The notes: generated by a model from the letters alone, not told the origin. Shown: positions 26,106 through 36,878, counted from the first letter of the stretch. The stretch is DNA of 64,000 bases from Brevibacterium sp. (GCF_031179145.1 NZ_JAPSIB010000001.1:154853-218852), one strand, 5' to 3'. Program-made: numbers and translations.

Positions 26106-26771
26106 ATGGAACTGTTCGACTGGCTGAACACCCCCGCATTCGAACTGCTGGGCAAGCCCGTCCCGTATTCGGACCTGTTCGGCAACATCTGCGCCCTGGC
26201 CACCGTGGTGCTCGCGCTGCGCCGGAACATCCTCTCGTGGCCGGTGCAGATACTGGGCTCCATCCTGCTCTTCTCCGCCAGCGTGTCCGCCGGGCTCGGC
26301 GGCAACGCCTCCCGGCAGGTCGTCATCATCGCGGCCGCGATCTGGGGGTGGACGCAGTGGCGGAATTCCCGCGCCGAAGCCGGCGAGGTCGTCGTCCGCT
26401 GGGCCAGCTGGAGGGAGCGTCTCCTCCTCATCGGCCTCCTCCTCGGCGGCACCGCGGCCTTCGGGTACATCCTCGATCTCGGCGGCTGGTCATGGAGCCC
26501 GTACCCCGACGCCTACATCTTCATCGGCTCGCTCGTCGCCATGTACGCCCAGGGGAAGGCGATCGTCGAATTCTGGTTCGTGTGGCTGGCCGTCGACCTC
26601 GTCGGCATCCCTCTGGCAGTCGCGGGCGGACTCGTGTTCTCCGGGGCCGTGTACCTGATCTTCCTCGTCATGGTCGTCATCGGATTCTTCGACTGGGCGC
26701 GCAGGTCACGGCAGACGATCTCCGCACCCCACCTCGGCGCCACCGAGATCACGCGTGGCGACACGGACTGA
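26106..26771 (+). CDS. PnuC-family vitamin transporter (probably RibM/PnuX riboflavin type)
   Basis: Multi-TM; WPVQILGS, W..W..S..E..VVVRWA, YPDAYIFIGSLVAMYAQGK..VEFWFVWLAVD.VGIPL; slot between rpe and hisE. Confidence 0.85.
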   Translation: MELFDWLNTPAFELLGKPVPYSDLFGNICALATVVLALRRNILSWPVQILGSILLFSASVSAGLGGNASRQVVIIAAAIWGWTQWRNSRAEAGEVVVRWASWRERLLLIGLLLGGTAAFGYILDLGGWSWSPYPDAYIFIGSLVAMYAQGKAIVEFWFVWLAVDLVGIPLAVAGGLVFSGAVYLIFLVMVVIGFFDWARRSRQTISAPHLGATEITRGDTD

Positions 26772-26805
26772 CGCCCCGCCAGCAGGGACGTGCACGAAGA
26801 TGTAC

Positions 26806-26811
26806 TAGGCT
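26806..26811 (+). promoter_or_regulatory. -10 box TAGGCT, probable leaderless hisE promoter
   Basis: 6 nt before GTG 26818 (MKTFDSL). Confidence 0.65.
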
Positions 26812-26817
26812 TTGACT

Positions 26818-27081
26818 GTGAAGACCTTTGACTCTCTCTACGCCGAGCTCCTGCAGAAATCCGTCGACCGACCCGCAGGGTCGAAGACCGTTGCCGAGCT
26901 GGACGCGGGAGTCCATGCGATCGGGAAGAAGATCGTCGAGGAGGCGGCCGAAGTCTGGATGGCCGCCGAATACGAGACCGAGGCCGAACTCGCCGAGGAG
27001 ATCTCCCAGCTGCTCTACCATCTGCAGGTGCTGATGATCTCCAAGGGACTGAGTCCCGACGACGTCAACGTCCACCTCTGA
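26818..27081 (+). CDS. hisE: Phosphoribosyl-ATP pyrophosphatase
   Basis: [39 protein letters not shown]. Confidence 0.96.
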   Translation: MKTFDSLYAELLQKSVDRPAGSKTVAELDAGVHAIGKKIVEEAAEVWMAAEYETEAELAEEISQLLYHLQVLMISKGLSPDDVNVHL

Positions 27082-27113
27082 ATCGCCCCGATCACGAACC
27101 GCAAAGGGACACC

Positions 27114-27953
27114 ATGCTGCGTGTAGCCGTGCCGAACAAAGGCGCACTGTCCGAAGCCGCCACCGAGATGCTCAGCGAAGCCGGGTACTCCGCCCGCCGG
27201 ACGAGCAAGACGCTCGTCCATCAGGACGAGATCAACCAGGTGGAGTTCTTCTACCTGCGCCCCCGCGACATCGCCGTCTACGTCGGCTCGGGAATCCTCG
27301 ACGCCGGAATCACCGGGCGTGACCTGCTGCTCGAGTCGAAGGCTGACGCGCAGGAGGTCCTCGACCTCGGCTTCGGCGCCTCTCGCTTCTACTACGCCGG
27401 GGTGAAGGGGACCTACTCGGATCCCTCCGAGCTCGCCGGGTCCAGGATCGCCACGAGCTTCCCCCACCTCGTCGAAGCCGACCTTGCCGCCCGCGGGATC
27501 GACGCCACGACGGTCCAGCTCGACGGGGCGATCGAGGTCTCCATCCAGCTCGGCGTCGCCGACGCCATCGCCGACGTCGTCGAGACCGGCTCGACCCTGC
27601 GAGCCGCAGGGCTGGAGACCTTCGGTGAGCCGCTGCTCGAATCCGAAGCCGTGCTCGTCCAGCGCGACGGCGCCGCGGAGAAGATCGAGGTCCTCAAACG
27701 CCGCCTCGAATCCGTCATGGTCGCCCGCAGGTACGTGCTCGTCGACTACAACATCGAGGAGCGCCTCGTCCCCGAGGCGATCGGGCTCACGCCCGGGCTC
27801 GAATCCCCGACGGTCTCGCCCCTGCAGGAGACAGGGTGGGTGGCCGTGCGGGTGATGGTCTCGGCCCACGAGGTCAACAACGTCATGGACCGCCTCTATG
27901 CGGTCGGAGCGCGCGCGATTCTGGTGACGAACATTGGCGCCTGCCGAATCTGA
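27114..27953 (+). CDS. hisG: ATP phosphoribosyltransferase (long form)
   Basis: MLRVAVPNKGALSE, FFYLRPRDI, DVVETGSTL, PGLESPTVSPL. Confidence 0.97.
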   Translation: MLRVAVPNKGALSEAATEMLSEAGYSARRTSKTLVHQDEINQVEFFYLRPRDIAVYVGSGILDAGITGRDLLLESKADAQEVLDLGFGASRFYYAGVKGTYSDPSELAGSRIATSFPHLVEADLAARGIDATTVQLDGAIEVSIQLGVADAIADVVETGSTLRAAGLETFGEPLLESEAVLVQRDGAAEKIEVLKRRLESVMVARRYVLVDYNIEERLVPEAIGLTPGLESPTVSPLQETGWVAVRVMVSAHEVNNVMDRLYAVGARAILVTNIGACRI

Positions 27954-28401
27954 GGCCGAGTTCTCGGTCTTCCGCCCCCGCCAGGTCAGGGTGATCTGCA
28001 TCGTCGGGTCGATCGTCGTGCTCATCGGCTTCGCCACCCTGTCGGTGGCCCTGCTCGTCGTGGACTGGAAACCCTGGAAGCCGGTCGACATGATATGGAT
28101 GAACCTGCTGGGCATCATCTTCGCTCTCGCCCTGTGGCGGGTGGGTGACATCCAGGCCAGACCGAGTCGGACCGGTCTCGTCGTGCGGAACATGGTGCGC
28201 ACCCGGGAATTCGCCTGGGGCGAGATCATCGGGGTCTCGTTCGCCCCCGATGGGGATGATCCGTGGCCGCTGCTCGACCTGTCCGACGGCACCACATACG
28301 CGGTGATGGCGATCCAGCACGCGGACGGCCCCCGGGCCCATGCGGAATGTCAGCGACTGCGCAGGCTCATCGATGATCAGACCCCATCCAAGGAGGAATA
28401 G
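27934..28401 (+). CDS. Membrane protein with bacterial PH domain
   Basis: Two TM segments then GLVVRNMVRTREFAWGEI and W..LDLSDG; usual gene after hisG. Confidence 0.75.
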   Translation: MAPAESEAEFSVFRPRQVRVICIVGSIVVLIGFATLSVALLVVDWKPWKPVDMIWMNLLGIIFALALWRVGDIQARPSRTGLVVRNMVRTREFAWGEIIGVSFAPDGDDPWPLLDLSDGTTYAVMAIQHADGPRAHAECQRLRRLIDDQTPSKEE

Positions 28402-28403
28402 GA

Positions 28404-29600
28404 ATGTCGGACGACACAGCAGCAGGTCCCCTGACCGGGTACACGGTCATCGACCTCTCGCGGGCACTGGCAGGACCGCATGCGGGAATGATGTTCGGCG
28501 ATCTCGGCGCCCGGGTGATCAAGGTGGAGAACCCGGCCAAGGGCGACGACTCCCGCTCCTGGGGCCCTCCGTTCGTCGGACCCGAGGGCCAGGAGCAGGC
28601 GACCTACTTCTTCTCCTGCAATCGCAACAAGGAGTCCATCGCGCTCGACCTCAAGTCCGAGACCGGGGCTGCGACACTGCGTGAGCTCATCGCGCGGGCC
28701 GACATCCTCATCGAGAACTTCCGCTCCGGCGTCCTCGACCGCCTCGGCTTCTCCACCACAGCCTGCCTGGAGATCAACCCCCGCCTGGTGATCCTCTCGA
28801 TCACCGGATTCGGCCACGACGGACCCGAGTCCTCTCGCGCCGGCTACGACCAGATCGCCCAGGGCGAGGCCGGCCTGATGTCCCTGACCGGCTCCGGCCC
28901 CGACGATCCGCAGCGAGTCGGCGTTCCGATCGCCGACCTCCTGGCCGGGATCTACGGCTCCTTCGGCGTGCTCGCCGCCCTCCTCGAACGCGAACGCACC
29001 GGCCGCGGCAAGGTCGTGCGCACCTCGCTCATCGCCGGCATGGTCGGAGTCCACGCCTTCCAGGGCACCCGCGCGACCGTGGCCGGCGAGGACCCGCAGC
29101 CCGGCGGCAACCACCACCCATCACTGTCCCCGTACGGACTGTTCAAATGCCGCGGCGGCGCCGTGCAGATCTCCGTCGGCAACGAGAGCCTGTGGCAGCG
29201 ATTCTGCGCGGCCTTCGACATCGACCCCGCGACCGAGGGCATGGCCGACAATGCCGCTCGGGTGAACAACCGCTCGGAAGTCATCGAGCTCATCGAATCG
29301 AAGTTCGCCGATTACGAGGCGCCCGCCCTGCTCGAGAAGCTCAGTGCCGCCGGCATCCCCGCCGGCACGGTGCGCAGCCTGGCCGAGGTCTACTCCTGGG
29401 AGCAGGCGCTGTCCCAGGGGCTCAAGGTCTCCGTCGACCACCCCATCCTCGGCGACATCGACCTGCCCGGTCCGCCGCTGCGCTTCTTCGACGCCCACGG
29501 CGACGCAGAGGTCGAGACGACGAAGAAGTCCCACGACGCCCCGCCGCTGCTCGATGAGGACGCCGACGGGATCCTCGCCTGGCTCGAATGCGGGGACTGA
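28404..29600 (+). CDS. Class III (CaiB/BaiF) CoA-transferase
   Basis: VIDLSRALAGPHA.M.FGDLGARVIKVE, NRNKESIALDLK, ENFRSG, GVPIADLLAG (catalytic Asp). Confidence 0.92.
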   Translation: MSDDTAAGPLTGYTVIDLSRALAGPHAGMMFGDLGARVIKVENPAKGDDSRSWGPPFVGPEGQEQATYFFSCNRNKESIALDLKSETGAATLRELIARADILIENFRSGVLDRLGFSTTACLEINPRLVILSITGFGHDGPESSRAGYDQIAQGEAGLMSLTGSGPDDPQRVGVPIADLLAGIYGSFGVLAALLERERTGRGKVVRTSLIAGMVGVHAFQGTRATVAGEDPQPGGNHHPSLSPYGLFKCRGGAVQISVGNESLWQRFCAAFDIDPATEGMADNAARVNNRSEVIELIESKFADYEAPALLEKLSAAGIPAGTVRSLAEVYSWEQALSQGLKVSVDHPILGDIDLPGPPLRFFDAHGDAEVETTKKSHDAPPLLDEDADGILAWLECGD

Positions 29601-29636
29601 GCTCGGCACCGGATCCCTGAAGACAAGGAGACAGCA

Positions 29637-31154
29637 GTGGCAGCACGACTGAACGCGCAAGAGCTCATCGAGATCGTCGTCGACGAAGGCTCTTTCCGAT
29701 CGTGGGACACGACCCCGATCACCCCCGCCGGCGGCATCTCCGAGCAGTACGCGGCGGAGCTGGCCGCGGCCCGGGAGAAGTCCGGGGTCGACGAGGCGAT
29801 CGTCACCGGTGAGGGCACAGTCCACGGCCGGCGGGTCGCCGTGGTCGTCGGGGAATTCCGTTTCCTCGCCGGGTCCATCGGCGTCGCCGCCGCCCAGCGC
29901 CTCGTCGATGCGATCGAACGGGCCACCCTCGAGGGCCTGCCGCTGCTCGCCGGTCCCGCCTCCGGGGGAACCCGGATGCAGGAGGGCACGGTGGCGTTCC
30001 TGTCGATGGTGAAGATCACCAACGCCGTCGTCGCCCACCGCCGCGCCGGTCTGCCTTACCTCGTCTACCTCCGCCATCCCACCACCGGCGGCGTCTTCGC
30101 CTCCTGGGGGTCGCTGGGCCACGTGACGGTGGCCGAGACGGGTTCGCTCATCGGCTTCCTCGGCCCCCGCGTGTTCGAAGCGCTCTACGGGGAGAAGTTC
30201 CCGGAGAACGTCCAGACCGGGGAGAACCTCCACCGCCACGGCATCATCGACGCCGTGATCGGACCCGACCGCATCCACACCACCGTCGCCCGCGTCCTCG
30301 ACGTCCTGATGGGCGCCAAGGAGATCCCCGCGGCCGTCGCCGACCCGGACACATCCCCAGCCGTCGTCGACCCGGACTCGGACGCGTGGGCCGCGATCAC
30401 CCGGTCCCGACGTCCCGAGCGGCCGGGAGTGCGCGATCTGCTGCGCACCGCGGCCAACACCGTCCTGCCGCTCAACGGCACCGGTGAGGGGGAGAAGGAC
30501 CCCGGCCTGCTGCTGGCGCTGGCCAAGTTCGGCTCCGCCCCGTGCATCGTCCTCGGCCAGGACCGCTTCCGCCAGGACTCGCGCGCCCCGCTCGGCCCCG
30601 CGGCACTGCGGGAGGCCCGCCGCGGGATGCGGCTGGCGGCCGAGCTCGACCTGCCGCTCGTGACCATCATCGACACCCCCGGCGCCGCCCTGTCCAAATC
30701 CGCCGAGGAGGGCGGAATGGCCGGGGAGATCGCCCGCAGCCTCGCCGAGCTCGCGAACCTCGACGCCCCCTCGGTGTCCCTGATCATGGGTGAGGGGTCC
30801 GGCGGCGGCGCGCTGGCGCTGATGCCGACCGACCGGGTGCTCAGCGCCGAGAACGGCTGGCTGTCCCCGCTGCCTCCCGAGGGCGCCTCGGCGATCGTCC
30901 ACCGGACCACCGACCGCGCGGCCGAGATGGCCCAGAGCCAGGGCGTCCACGCCCCGATGCTGCTGCACACCGGCGTCGTCGACCGCATCATCGCCGAGCA
31001 CCCCGACGCCAGCGACGAACCGCTCGACTTCGTCGCCCGAGTCGGGGCCACCCTCGAACACGAGCTCATCGCCCTGATGCGCGAACCGTCCGCCCGTCGC
31101 CTCGCCCGCCGGATGGACCGGTACCGTGGGCTCGGAATCCAGAAGGAGGCCTGA
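29637..31154 (+). CDS. Fused beta-alpha acyl-CoA carboxyltransferase, AccD3-like
   Basis: FLAGSIG, SGGTRMQEG, YLRHPTTGGVFASWGSLGH, IDTPGA, PLPPEGAS; closely recalls M. tuberculosis AccD3 (Rv0904c) from memory of that sequence. Confidence 0.85.
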   Translation: MAARLNAQELIEIVVDEGSFRSWDTTPITPAGGISEQYAAELAAAREKSGVDEAIVTGEGTVHGRRVAVVVGEFRFLAGSIGVAAAQRLVDAIERATLEGLPLLAGPASGGTRMQEGTVAFLSMVKITNAVVAHRRAGLPYLVYLRHPTTGGVFASWGSLGHVTVAETGSLIGFLGPRVFEALYGEKFPENVQTGENLHRHGIIDAVIGPDRIHTTVARVLDVLMGAKEIPAAVADPDTSPAVVDPDSDAWAAITRSRRPERPGVRDLLRTAANTVLPLNGTGEGEKDPGLLLALAKFGSAPCIVLGQDRFRQDSRAPLGPAALREARRGMRLAAELDLPLVTIIDTPGAALSKSAEEGGMAGEIARSLAELANLDAPSVSLIMGEGSGGGALALMPTDRVLSAENGWLSPLPPEGASAIVHRTTDRAAEMAQSQGVHAPMLLHTGVVDRIIAEHPDASDEPLDFVARVGATLEHELIALMREPSARRLARRMDRYRGLGIQKEA

Positions 31155-31913
31155 ATGGTTGCCGTGAGGATCATTCCCTGTCTCGACGTCGACGACGGTC
31201 GCGTCGTCAAAGGCGTGAAGTTCGCAGGCCTCCGCGACGCCGGGGATCCCGTCGAACTCGCCGCCGCCTACGGGGCATCGGGGGCGGACGAACTGACGTT
31301 CCTCGACGTCACCGCCAGCAGCGGAAACCGTGAGACCGTCCACGACATCGTCCGCGCCTGCGCCGAGCAGGTGTTCATCCCACTCACCGTGGGCGGGGGA
31401 GTCAGGACCGTCGCCGACGTCGACCGGCTCCTGCGCGATGGTGCCGACAAGGTCTCCGTCAACACCTCCGCGGTCGCGAACCCGGGGCTGATCAGCGACA
31501 TCTCCCGGCACTTCGGCAACCAGGTCCTCGTCCTGTCCCTCGACGCCAGGCGCAGCCCGGAGACGGCCTCCGGGTTCGAGGTCACCATCCGCGGCGGGCG
31601 GGAGGGCACCGGTCGCTGTGCGATCGAGTGGATTCGCGAAGCCGCCGACCGCGGCGCCGGCGAGATCCTGCTCAACTCCATCGACGCCGACGGCACCCGT
31701 GACGGCTTCGACCTCGAGCTCATCGCCGCGGCCCGGGCTGCCGTCGATCTGCCCCTGATCGCCTCCGGGGGAGCGGGTCGTCTCGAGCACTTCGCCCCCG
31801 CCGTGGCCGCCGGCGCCGACGCCCTGCTCGCGGCCAGCGTGTTCCACTTCGGCACCCTGTCCATCGCAGAGGTGAAGGCGGCCCTGCGCGCGGAAGGGAT
31901 CGAAGTCCGATGA
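31155..31913 (+). CDS. hisF: Imidazole glycerol phosphate synthase cyclase subunit
   Basis: [47 protein letters not shown]. Confidence 0.98.
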   Translation: MVAVRIIPCLDVDDGRVVKGVKFAGLRDAGDPVELAAAYGASGADELTFLDVTASSGNRETVHDIVRACAEQVFIPLTVGGGVRTVADVDRLLRDGADKVSVNTSAVANPGLISDISRHFGNQVLVLSLDARRSPETASGFEVTIRGGREGTGRCAIEWIREAADRGAGEILLNSIDADGTRDGFDLELIAAARAAVDLPLIASGGAGRLEHFAPAVAAGADALLAASVFHFGTLSIAEVKAALRAEGIEVR

Positions 31914-32293
31914 CCGACGTCGACGCCACACCCGAGAACTGGCGAGAGCTGATCACCCTCAACGAGGCCGGGCTGATCCCCGTCGTCGTGCAGGAGACCA
32001 CCAGCAGGGACGTGCTGATGCTCGCCTGGATGGACGTCGAGGCGATCGAGCGGACCCTGAGCAGCGGCCGGGCCGTGTACTGGTCGCGGTCGCGGCAGGA
32101 GCACTGGGTGAAGGGAGAGACCTCGGGCCACATCCAGCGGGTGGTCTCCCTGAGCCTCGACTGCGACGCCGACGCGCTGCTCCTCGAAGTCGAGCAGACC
32201 GGGCCCGCATGCCACACCCTGACCCCCACGTGCTTCACCGGCAGGACCATCAGCACCTCCGGGGAACAGCCCCGACCCAAGGACGTGAAGTGA
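31910..32293 (+). CDS. hisI: Phosphoribosyl-AMP cyclohydrolase
   Basis: [43 protein letters not shown]. Confidence 0.96.
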   Translation: MTDVDATPENWRELITLNEAGLIPVVVQETTSRDVLMLAWMDVEAIERTLSSGRAVYWSRSRQEHWVKGETSGHIQRVVSLSLDCDADALLLEVEQTGPACHTLTPTCFTGRTISTSGEQPRPKDVK

Positions 32294-33864
32294 CGACCGA
32301 CACCGGATTGAGAATAAACCCCAGCCTCGAGGAGTTCCGCGCCTCGGGAGCGGCGCACCGGCTCGTGCCCGTGCACGCGAGCGTGCTCGCCGACGCGGAG
32401 ACTCCGCTGAGCCTCTACCGCAAACTCACCGACGGCGGCTCCGGGAGCTTCCTGTTCGAATCCGCCGTCTCCGGGGCCTGGGCCAGGTACTCCTTCATCG
32501 GCTCCGCCCCCGTGGCCACCCTGCGCTCGACAGAGGACGGCTTCGACTGGGAGGGCACCCCGCCCGCCGGCGTCCCGACCGCGGGCAGTGTTCTCGACGC
32601 CGTCACCGCGACCCTCGAACTCCTCGCCGTCGAGAACTCCGAGCATGCGCTTCCGCCGATGGTCTCGAGCCTCGTCGGGTACTTCGGCTGGGACATCGTG
32701 CGAGAGTTCGAGAAGCTCGGCGCGGCGCGGGTCGATGAGCACCACCTGCCCACCGTTCAGCTGATGATCCCCGGCGACATCGCCGTCTACGATCACTACA
32801 CGGGAATGGTCACCCTGGTCGCCAACGTGTTCAACGTCGACGGTGCGGACACCGGGATCGATGCTGCCTACGCGGCAGGCGCCGCCCGGGTCGAAGCCAT
32901 GCTCGACCGGCTGCGAGCGCCCGCCCCGTCGGCGATCTCGAGCCCCCACTTCCCCGCCCCCGAGGTGAGGACCCGAACCGACCCGCAGGCGTACCTCGAC
33001 GCGGTGCGGGTCGCCAAGCAGGACATCGTCGACGGGGAGATCTTCCAGGTCGTGCTCGGTCAGCGCTTCGACACCGATTGCGCCGCCGACCCGCTCACCG
33101 TCTACCGGATGCTGCGCCGGTCCAACCCCAGCCCCTTCATGTACCTGCTCAATCTCTCGGACGACGAGGGGAAGCCGGTGAGCATCGTCGGCTCCTCACC
33201 CGAAGCCCTCGTCACGGTCCGCTCCGGCACCGTGGTCACGCATCCGATCGCCGGTTCGCGTCCCCGCGGGGACAGCGCCGAGGAGGATGCCCGGCTCGCC
33301 CGCGAGCTCCTCGCCGACGAGAAGGAACGCGCCGAGCACCTGATGCTCGTCGACCTCGCCCGCAACGACCTCGCGAAGGTCTGCCGGGCCGGGACCATCG
33401 ACGTCAGCGAATTCATGGAGATCGAGCGGTTCAGCCACATCATGCACATCTCCTCCACGGTGCGCGGTGAGCTCGCGCCCGGGCACGGGGCCGTCGACGT
33501 GCTCAAGGCCGCCTTCCCCGCCGGGACCCTCTCCGGCGCCCCGAAGCCGCGGGCGCTGCAGATCATCGACGAGCTCGAGGTCGTCGGCCGCGGGCTCTAC
33601 GGCGGAGTCGTCGGCTACATGTCGTTCAACGGCGACCTCGACCTGGCGATCGCCATCCGGACCGGAGTGCTGCGGCGAGGCGTGATGAGCGTCTACGCCG
33701 GCGGCGGGATCGTCGCTGACTCCGTCCCCGAGCTCGAGTACCAGGAGTCGCGGAACAAGGCCGCTGCCGTGCTCTCCGCAGCTGCCGCTGCCTCCGTTCT
33801 GCACGTGCCGGAGCCGCCGCTGCGCGAGGCGCGACCCGCAGGCCGGGGAGCGAACGCCGAATGA
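32290..33864 (+). CDS. trpE: Anthranilate synthase component I
   Basis: [61 protein letters not shown]. Confidence 0.96.
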   Translation: MTTDTGLRINPSLEEFRASGAAHRLVPVHASVLADAETPLSLYRKLTDGGSGSFLFESAVSGAWARYSFIGSAPVATLRSTEDGFDWEGTPPAGVPTAGSVLDAVTATLELLAVENSEHALPPMVSSLVGYFGWDIVREFEKLGAARVDEHHLPTVQLMIPGDIAVYDHYTGMVTLVANVFNVDGADTGIDAAYAAGAARVEAMLDRLRAPAPSAISSPHFPAPEVRTRTDPQAYLDAVRVAKQDIVDGEIFQVVLGQRFDTDCAADPLTVYRMLRRSNPSPFMYLLNLSDDEGKPVSIVGSSPEALVTVRSGTVVTHPIAGSRPRGDSAEEDARLARELLADEKERAEHLMLVDLARNDLAKVCRAGTIDVSEFMEIERFSHIMHISSTVRGELAPGHGAVDVLKAAFPAGTLSGAPKPRALQIIDELEVVGRGLYGGVVGYMSFNGDLDLAIAIRTGVLRRGVMSVYAGGGIVADSVPELEYQESRNKAAAVLSAAAAASVLHVPEPPLREARPAGRGANAE

Positions 33865-34418
33865 AGATGTCGAAGTCACGCGGGGTCCTCATCGTCCTCC
33901 TCCTCGCGGGCATCCTCTGGGCCCTGAGCCTGAGCACCTGGCAGGCCGGGCCCCCCGGGGGAGGCACCCTGGGACCCGCCGGGGTCGCGACGCCCGAACA
34001 GGACGCCGCGGGACAGGCCTCGCCGGTCGCGACCGCCTGCGTCGCCGTCATCGCGGTGTGCGGGCTGCTGGCGGCCATGCTCGGGAGACTGGGACGCCTC
34101 GTCGTCCTCGGGCTCGCCGGTCTCGCGGCCCTCGGCTACGCCGCGACCGCGCTGAGCACCACGTTCCAGCCCGGGTCCACCGGCTGGGCGGTGGCCGGGA
34201 TCCTCGCCGGGGTCTGCGCGGCCGGGGTCATCGTGACGGTGGCCTTCGCCTCGGCGCGGTGGACGAACTCGAACCGCTACGACCGCGACGCCCGGACAGC
34301 GGCCACGCCGGAGGAGTTCGACTCGACCGCCGCCTGGGATGCGCTCTCTCGCGGCGACGATCCCGACGCCCCCCGTGACGATCCCGACGCCCCCGGGAAC
34401 GAACCGCAGGGCCGCTGA
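33861..34418 (+). CDS. Trp biosynthesis-associated membrane protein
   Basis: Multi-TM; W..SNRYDR and AWDALSRGDDP C-terminal motifs; conserved slot after trpE. Confidence 0.8.
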   Translation: MKMSKSRGVLIVLLLAGILWALSLSTWQAGPPGGGTLGPAGVATPEQDAAGQASPVATACVAVIAVCGLLAAMLGRLGRLVVLGLAGLAALGYAATALSTTFQPGSTGWAVAGILAGVCAAGVIVTVAFASARWTNSNRYDRDARTAATPEEFDSTAAWDALSRGDDPDAPRDDPDAPGNEPQGR

Positions 34419-34542
34419 CGGGCGCGCTCGACGCACCGGAGTCCGGTCGCCGGGCCGATACGGCACCTGTCATCGAAGCGTGTCACAATATAGGAAAGAA
34501 CAACCAGCTGCATGCTGCAGGCACAGCTTGAGAAGGAGCACC

Positions 34543-34833
34543 ATGTCGCAATCCGTCGCTCGCAACGGCGCCACCGATCTCGACAAGTCGACGATCGACT
34601 ATTCCGTCATCGCCGATCCTGGCCACGGCAACTCGGTGGCCGCGTGGACCGGCGTGACCATCATGCTCATCGGCATCACGGTCGGCTGCGTGGGCTTCAC
34701 GATCCACAACCCGATGATCACCTACATCGCCATCGGCATCGTCGTCGTCGGCCTCGTCGTCGGCCTGATCCTGCGGGCCGTGGGCCTGGGCAACAAGCCG
34801 TCCGAGCGCAGGCCGAACCCGCGCACCCAATGA
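34543..34833 (+). CDS. HGxxPAAW-family small membrane protein
   Basis: GHGNSVAAWTGVTIMLIG motif, two TMs; ATG after GAAGGAG. Confidence 0.85.
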   Translation: MSQSVARNGATDLDKSTIDYSVIADPGHGNSVAAWTGVTIMLIGITVGCVGFTIHNPMITYIAIGIVVVGLVVGLILRAVGLGNKPSERRPNPRTQ

Positions 34834-35630
34834 CGGTCCTCGACGACATCGTCGCCGGTGTCCGGGAGGACCTGGAGGCCCGGCGGCGCGAGGTCGGCCT
34901 GGACGAGATGATCGCCCGGGCACGAGACGCGGCGCCCGTGCGCGGCTTCGACCTCGACGCCGACTTCTCGGTCATCGCCGAGGTGAAGCGCCGGTCGCCT
35001 TCCCGCGGCGATCTCGCCCCGATCGCCGAGCCCGGCCGACTGGCCGGGCTCTACGCCGCCGGCGGTGCGAAGGCCATCAGCGTGCTCACCGAGAGCCGCC
35101 GCTTCTCCGGCAGCCTCGCCGACTTCGACGAGGTCCGCGCGGCCGTCGACGTCCCCCTCCTGCGCAAGGACTTCATGGTCGACGAATACCAGTTCTACGA
35201 GGCCCGGGCCCACGGCGCCGACCTCGTGCTGCTCATCGTCGCAGCCCTCGAGCCCGCGCAGCTGCGCGACTACCTCGACCTGTCCCGCGAACTGGGCATG
35301 ACGGCCCTGGTCGAGACGCACGACACGTACGAACTCGAGATCGCCGCCGGACTCGACGCCCGGCTGATCGGCATCAACACTCGCAATCTCAAGGACCTCA
35401 GCGTCGACACGAACCGGTTCGCGCCCCTGGCCGAACTCGCCCCGACCGGTTGCACCCTCGTCGCCGAGTCGGGAGTGTCCGGACTGGTCGAGGTCGAGAC
35501 CTATGCCGCAGCCGGGGCGCACGCGGTTCTCGTCGGCGAAGCCCTGGTCAAGGACGGCGACCCGGAGACCGCCGTCGCCCGCTACACCGCGACCGGAGCA
35601 CGCATCCGCACTGCGGCCACCGCCCGATGA
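34830..35630 (+). CDS. trpC: Indole-3-glycerol phosphate synthase
   Basis: VIAEVKRRSPSRG, ISVLTE, PLLRKDF, GADLVLLIV, GINTRNL, VAESG. Confidence 0.97.
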   Translation: MTVLDDIVAGVREDLEARRREVGLDEMIARARDAAPVRGFDLDADFSVIAEVKRRSPSRGDLAPIAEPGRLAGLYAAGGAKAISVLTESRRFSGSLADFDEVRAAVDVPLLRKDFMVDEYQFYEARAHGADLVLLIVAALEPAQLRDYLDLSRELGMTALVETHDTYELEIAAGLDARLIGINTRNLKDLSVDTNRFAPLAELAPTGCTLVAESGVSGLVEVETYAAAGAHAVLVGEALVKDGDPETAVARYTATGARIRTAATAR

Positions 35631-35663
35631 GCCGGTGACCATCCACCACAACGAAGGACAGCA

Positions 35664-36878
35664 ATGACCGACCTGAGTCAGGAACAGGGACCCTACTTCG
35701 GTCCCTTCGGAGGCAGATTCATCCCCGAGGCGCTGATCCCCGCCTTGGACGAGATCGAGGAAACCTGGCGCAAGTCGCAAGTCGATCCCGAGTTCACCGA
35801 GGAGCTGCTGGAACTCCAGCGCAGCTACATCGGCAGGCCCAGCCTGCTGACGGAGGCCACCCGGTTCGCCGCTCACTGCGGCGGCGCGCGGGTGTTCCTC
35901 AAACGTGAGGATCTCAACCACACCGGCAGCCACAAGATCAACAACGCCCTGGCCCAGGCGCTGCTCGCCAAACGAATGGGCAAGACGCGCCTGATCGCGG
36001 AGACCGGCGCCGGCCAGCACGGCGTCGCCACCGCCACCGCCGCGGCTCTGCTCGACATGGAGTGCGAGGTCTACATGGGCGAGGAGGACACGCAGCGACA
36101 GGCCCTCAACGTCGCCCGCATGCGCCTGCTCGGGGCGAAGGTCAACGCCGTGTCCAACGGCACCCGCACGCTCAAGGACGCGATGAACGAGGCGATGCGC
36201 GACTGGGTCGCCAACGTCGCCCGCACCCACTACGTCATCGGCACCGTCGCCGGACCGCACCCGTTCCCCGCCATGGTCCGCTCCTTCCAGCGGGTCATCG
36301 GCGATGAGGCCCGCAATCAGATCCTCGAGGCCGCCGGACGCCTGCCCGACGCCGTCTGCGCGTGCGTGGGGGGCGGCTCGAACGCGATGGGCATCTTCGC
36401 GGCCTTCCTCGCCGACACCGAGGTGAGGATCTACGGCTTCGAAGCCGGTGGGGAGGGCGTCGAGACCGGTCGCCATGCCGCCCGATTCTCCGGTGGCCGC
36501 CCCGGAGTCCTCCATGGCTCCGCCACCTACATCCTCCAGGACTCAGACGGACAGACCCGCGCCTCCCACTCGATCTCGGCGGGTCTCGACTACCCCTCCG
36601 TGGGTCCCGAGCACTCCTACCTGCACGAGACCTCCCGCGTCATCTACGAACCGGTCGGCGACGAGGAGGCGATGGAGGCTATGCGCCTGCTCTCGCGCAC
36701 CGAGGGCATCATCCCCGCCATCGAATCCGCCCACGCGCTGGCCGGAGCGATGCGGGTCGGGCGCGACTTCGGACCCGACGCCGTGCTGCTGGTCAACCTC
36801 TCCGGCCGCGGTGACAAGGACATGACGACGGCGGCCAAATGGTTCGACTACTTCGACGAAGGAGCAGTACAGGTATGA
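35664..36878 (+). CDS. trpB: Tryptophan synthase beta chain
   Basis: [44 protein letters not shown]. Confidence 0.99.
   Translation: MTDLSQEQGPYFGPFGGRFIPEALIPALDEIEETWRKSQVDPEFTEELLELQRSYIGRPSLLTEATRFAAHCGGARVFLKREDLNHTGSHKINNALAQALLAKRMGKTRLIAETGAGQHGVATATAAALLDMECEVYMGEEDTQRQALNVARMRLLGAKVNAVSNGTRTLKDAMNEAMRDWVANVARTHYVIGTVAGPHPFPAMVRSFQRVIGDEARNQILEAAGRLPDAVCACVGGGSNAMGIFAAFLADTEVRIYGFEAGGEGVETGRHAARFSGGRPGVLHGSATYILQDSDGQTRASHSISAGLDYPSVGPEHSYLHETSRVIYEPVGDEEAMEAMRLLSRTEGIIPAIESAHALAGAMRVGRDFGPDAVLLVNLSGRGDKDMTTAAKWFDYFDEGAVQV

Noticed and set aside
32209-32290. trpL-type attenuator before trpE
   Set aside because: trpE start overlaps the hisI stop; no leader peptide with Trp codons and no room for one
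34468-34493. MtrA-like direct repeat (TGTCA twice) upstream of the HGxxPAAW gene
   Set aside because: Period is 13 rather than the usual 11, and the match is short
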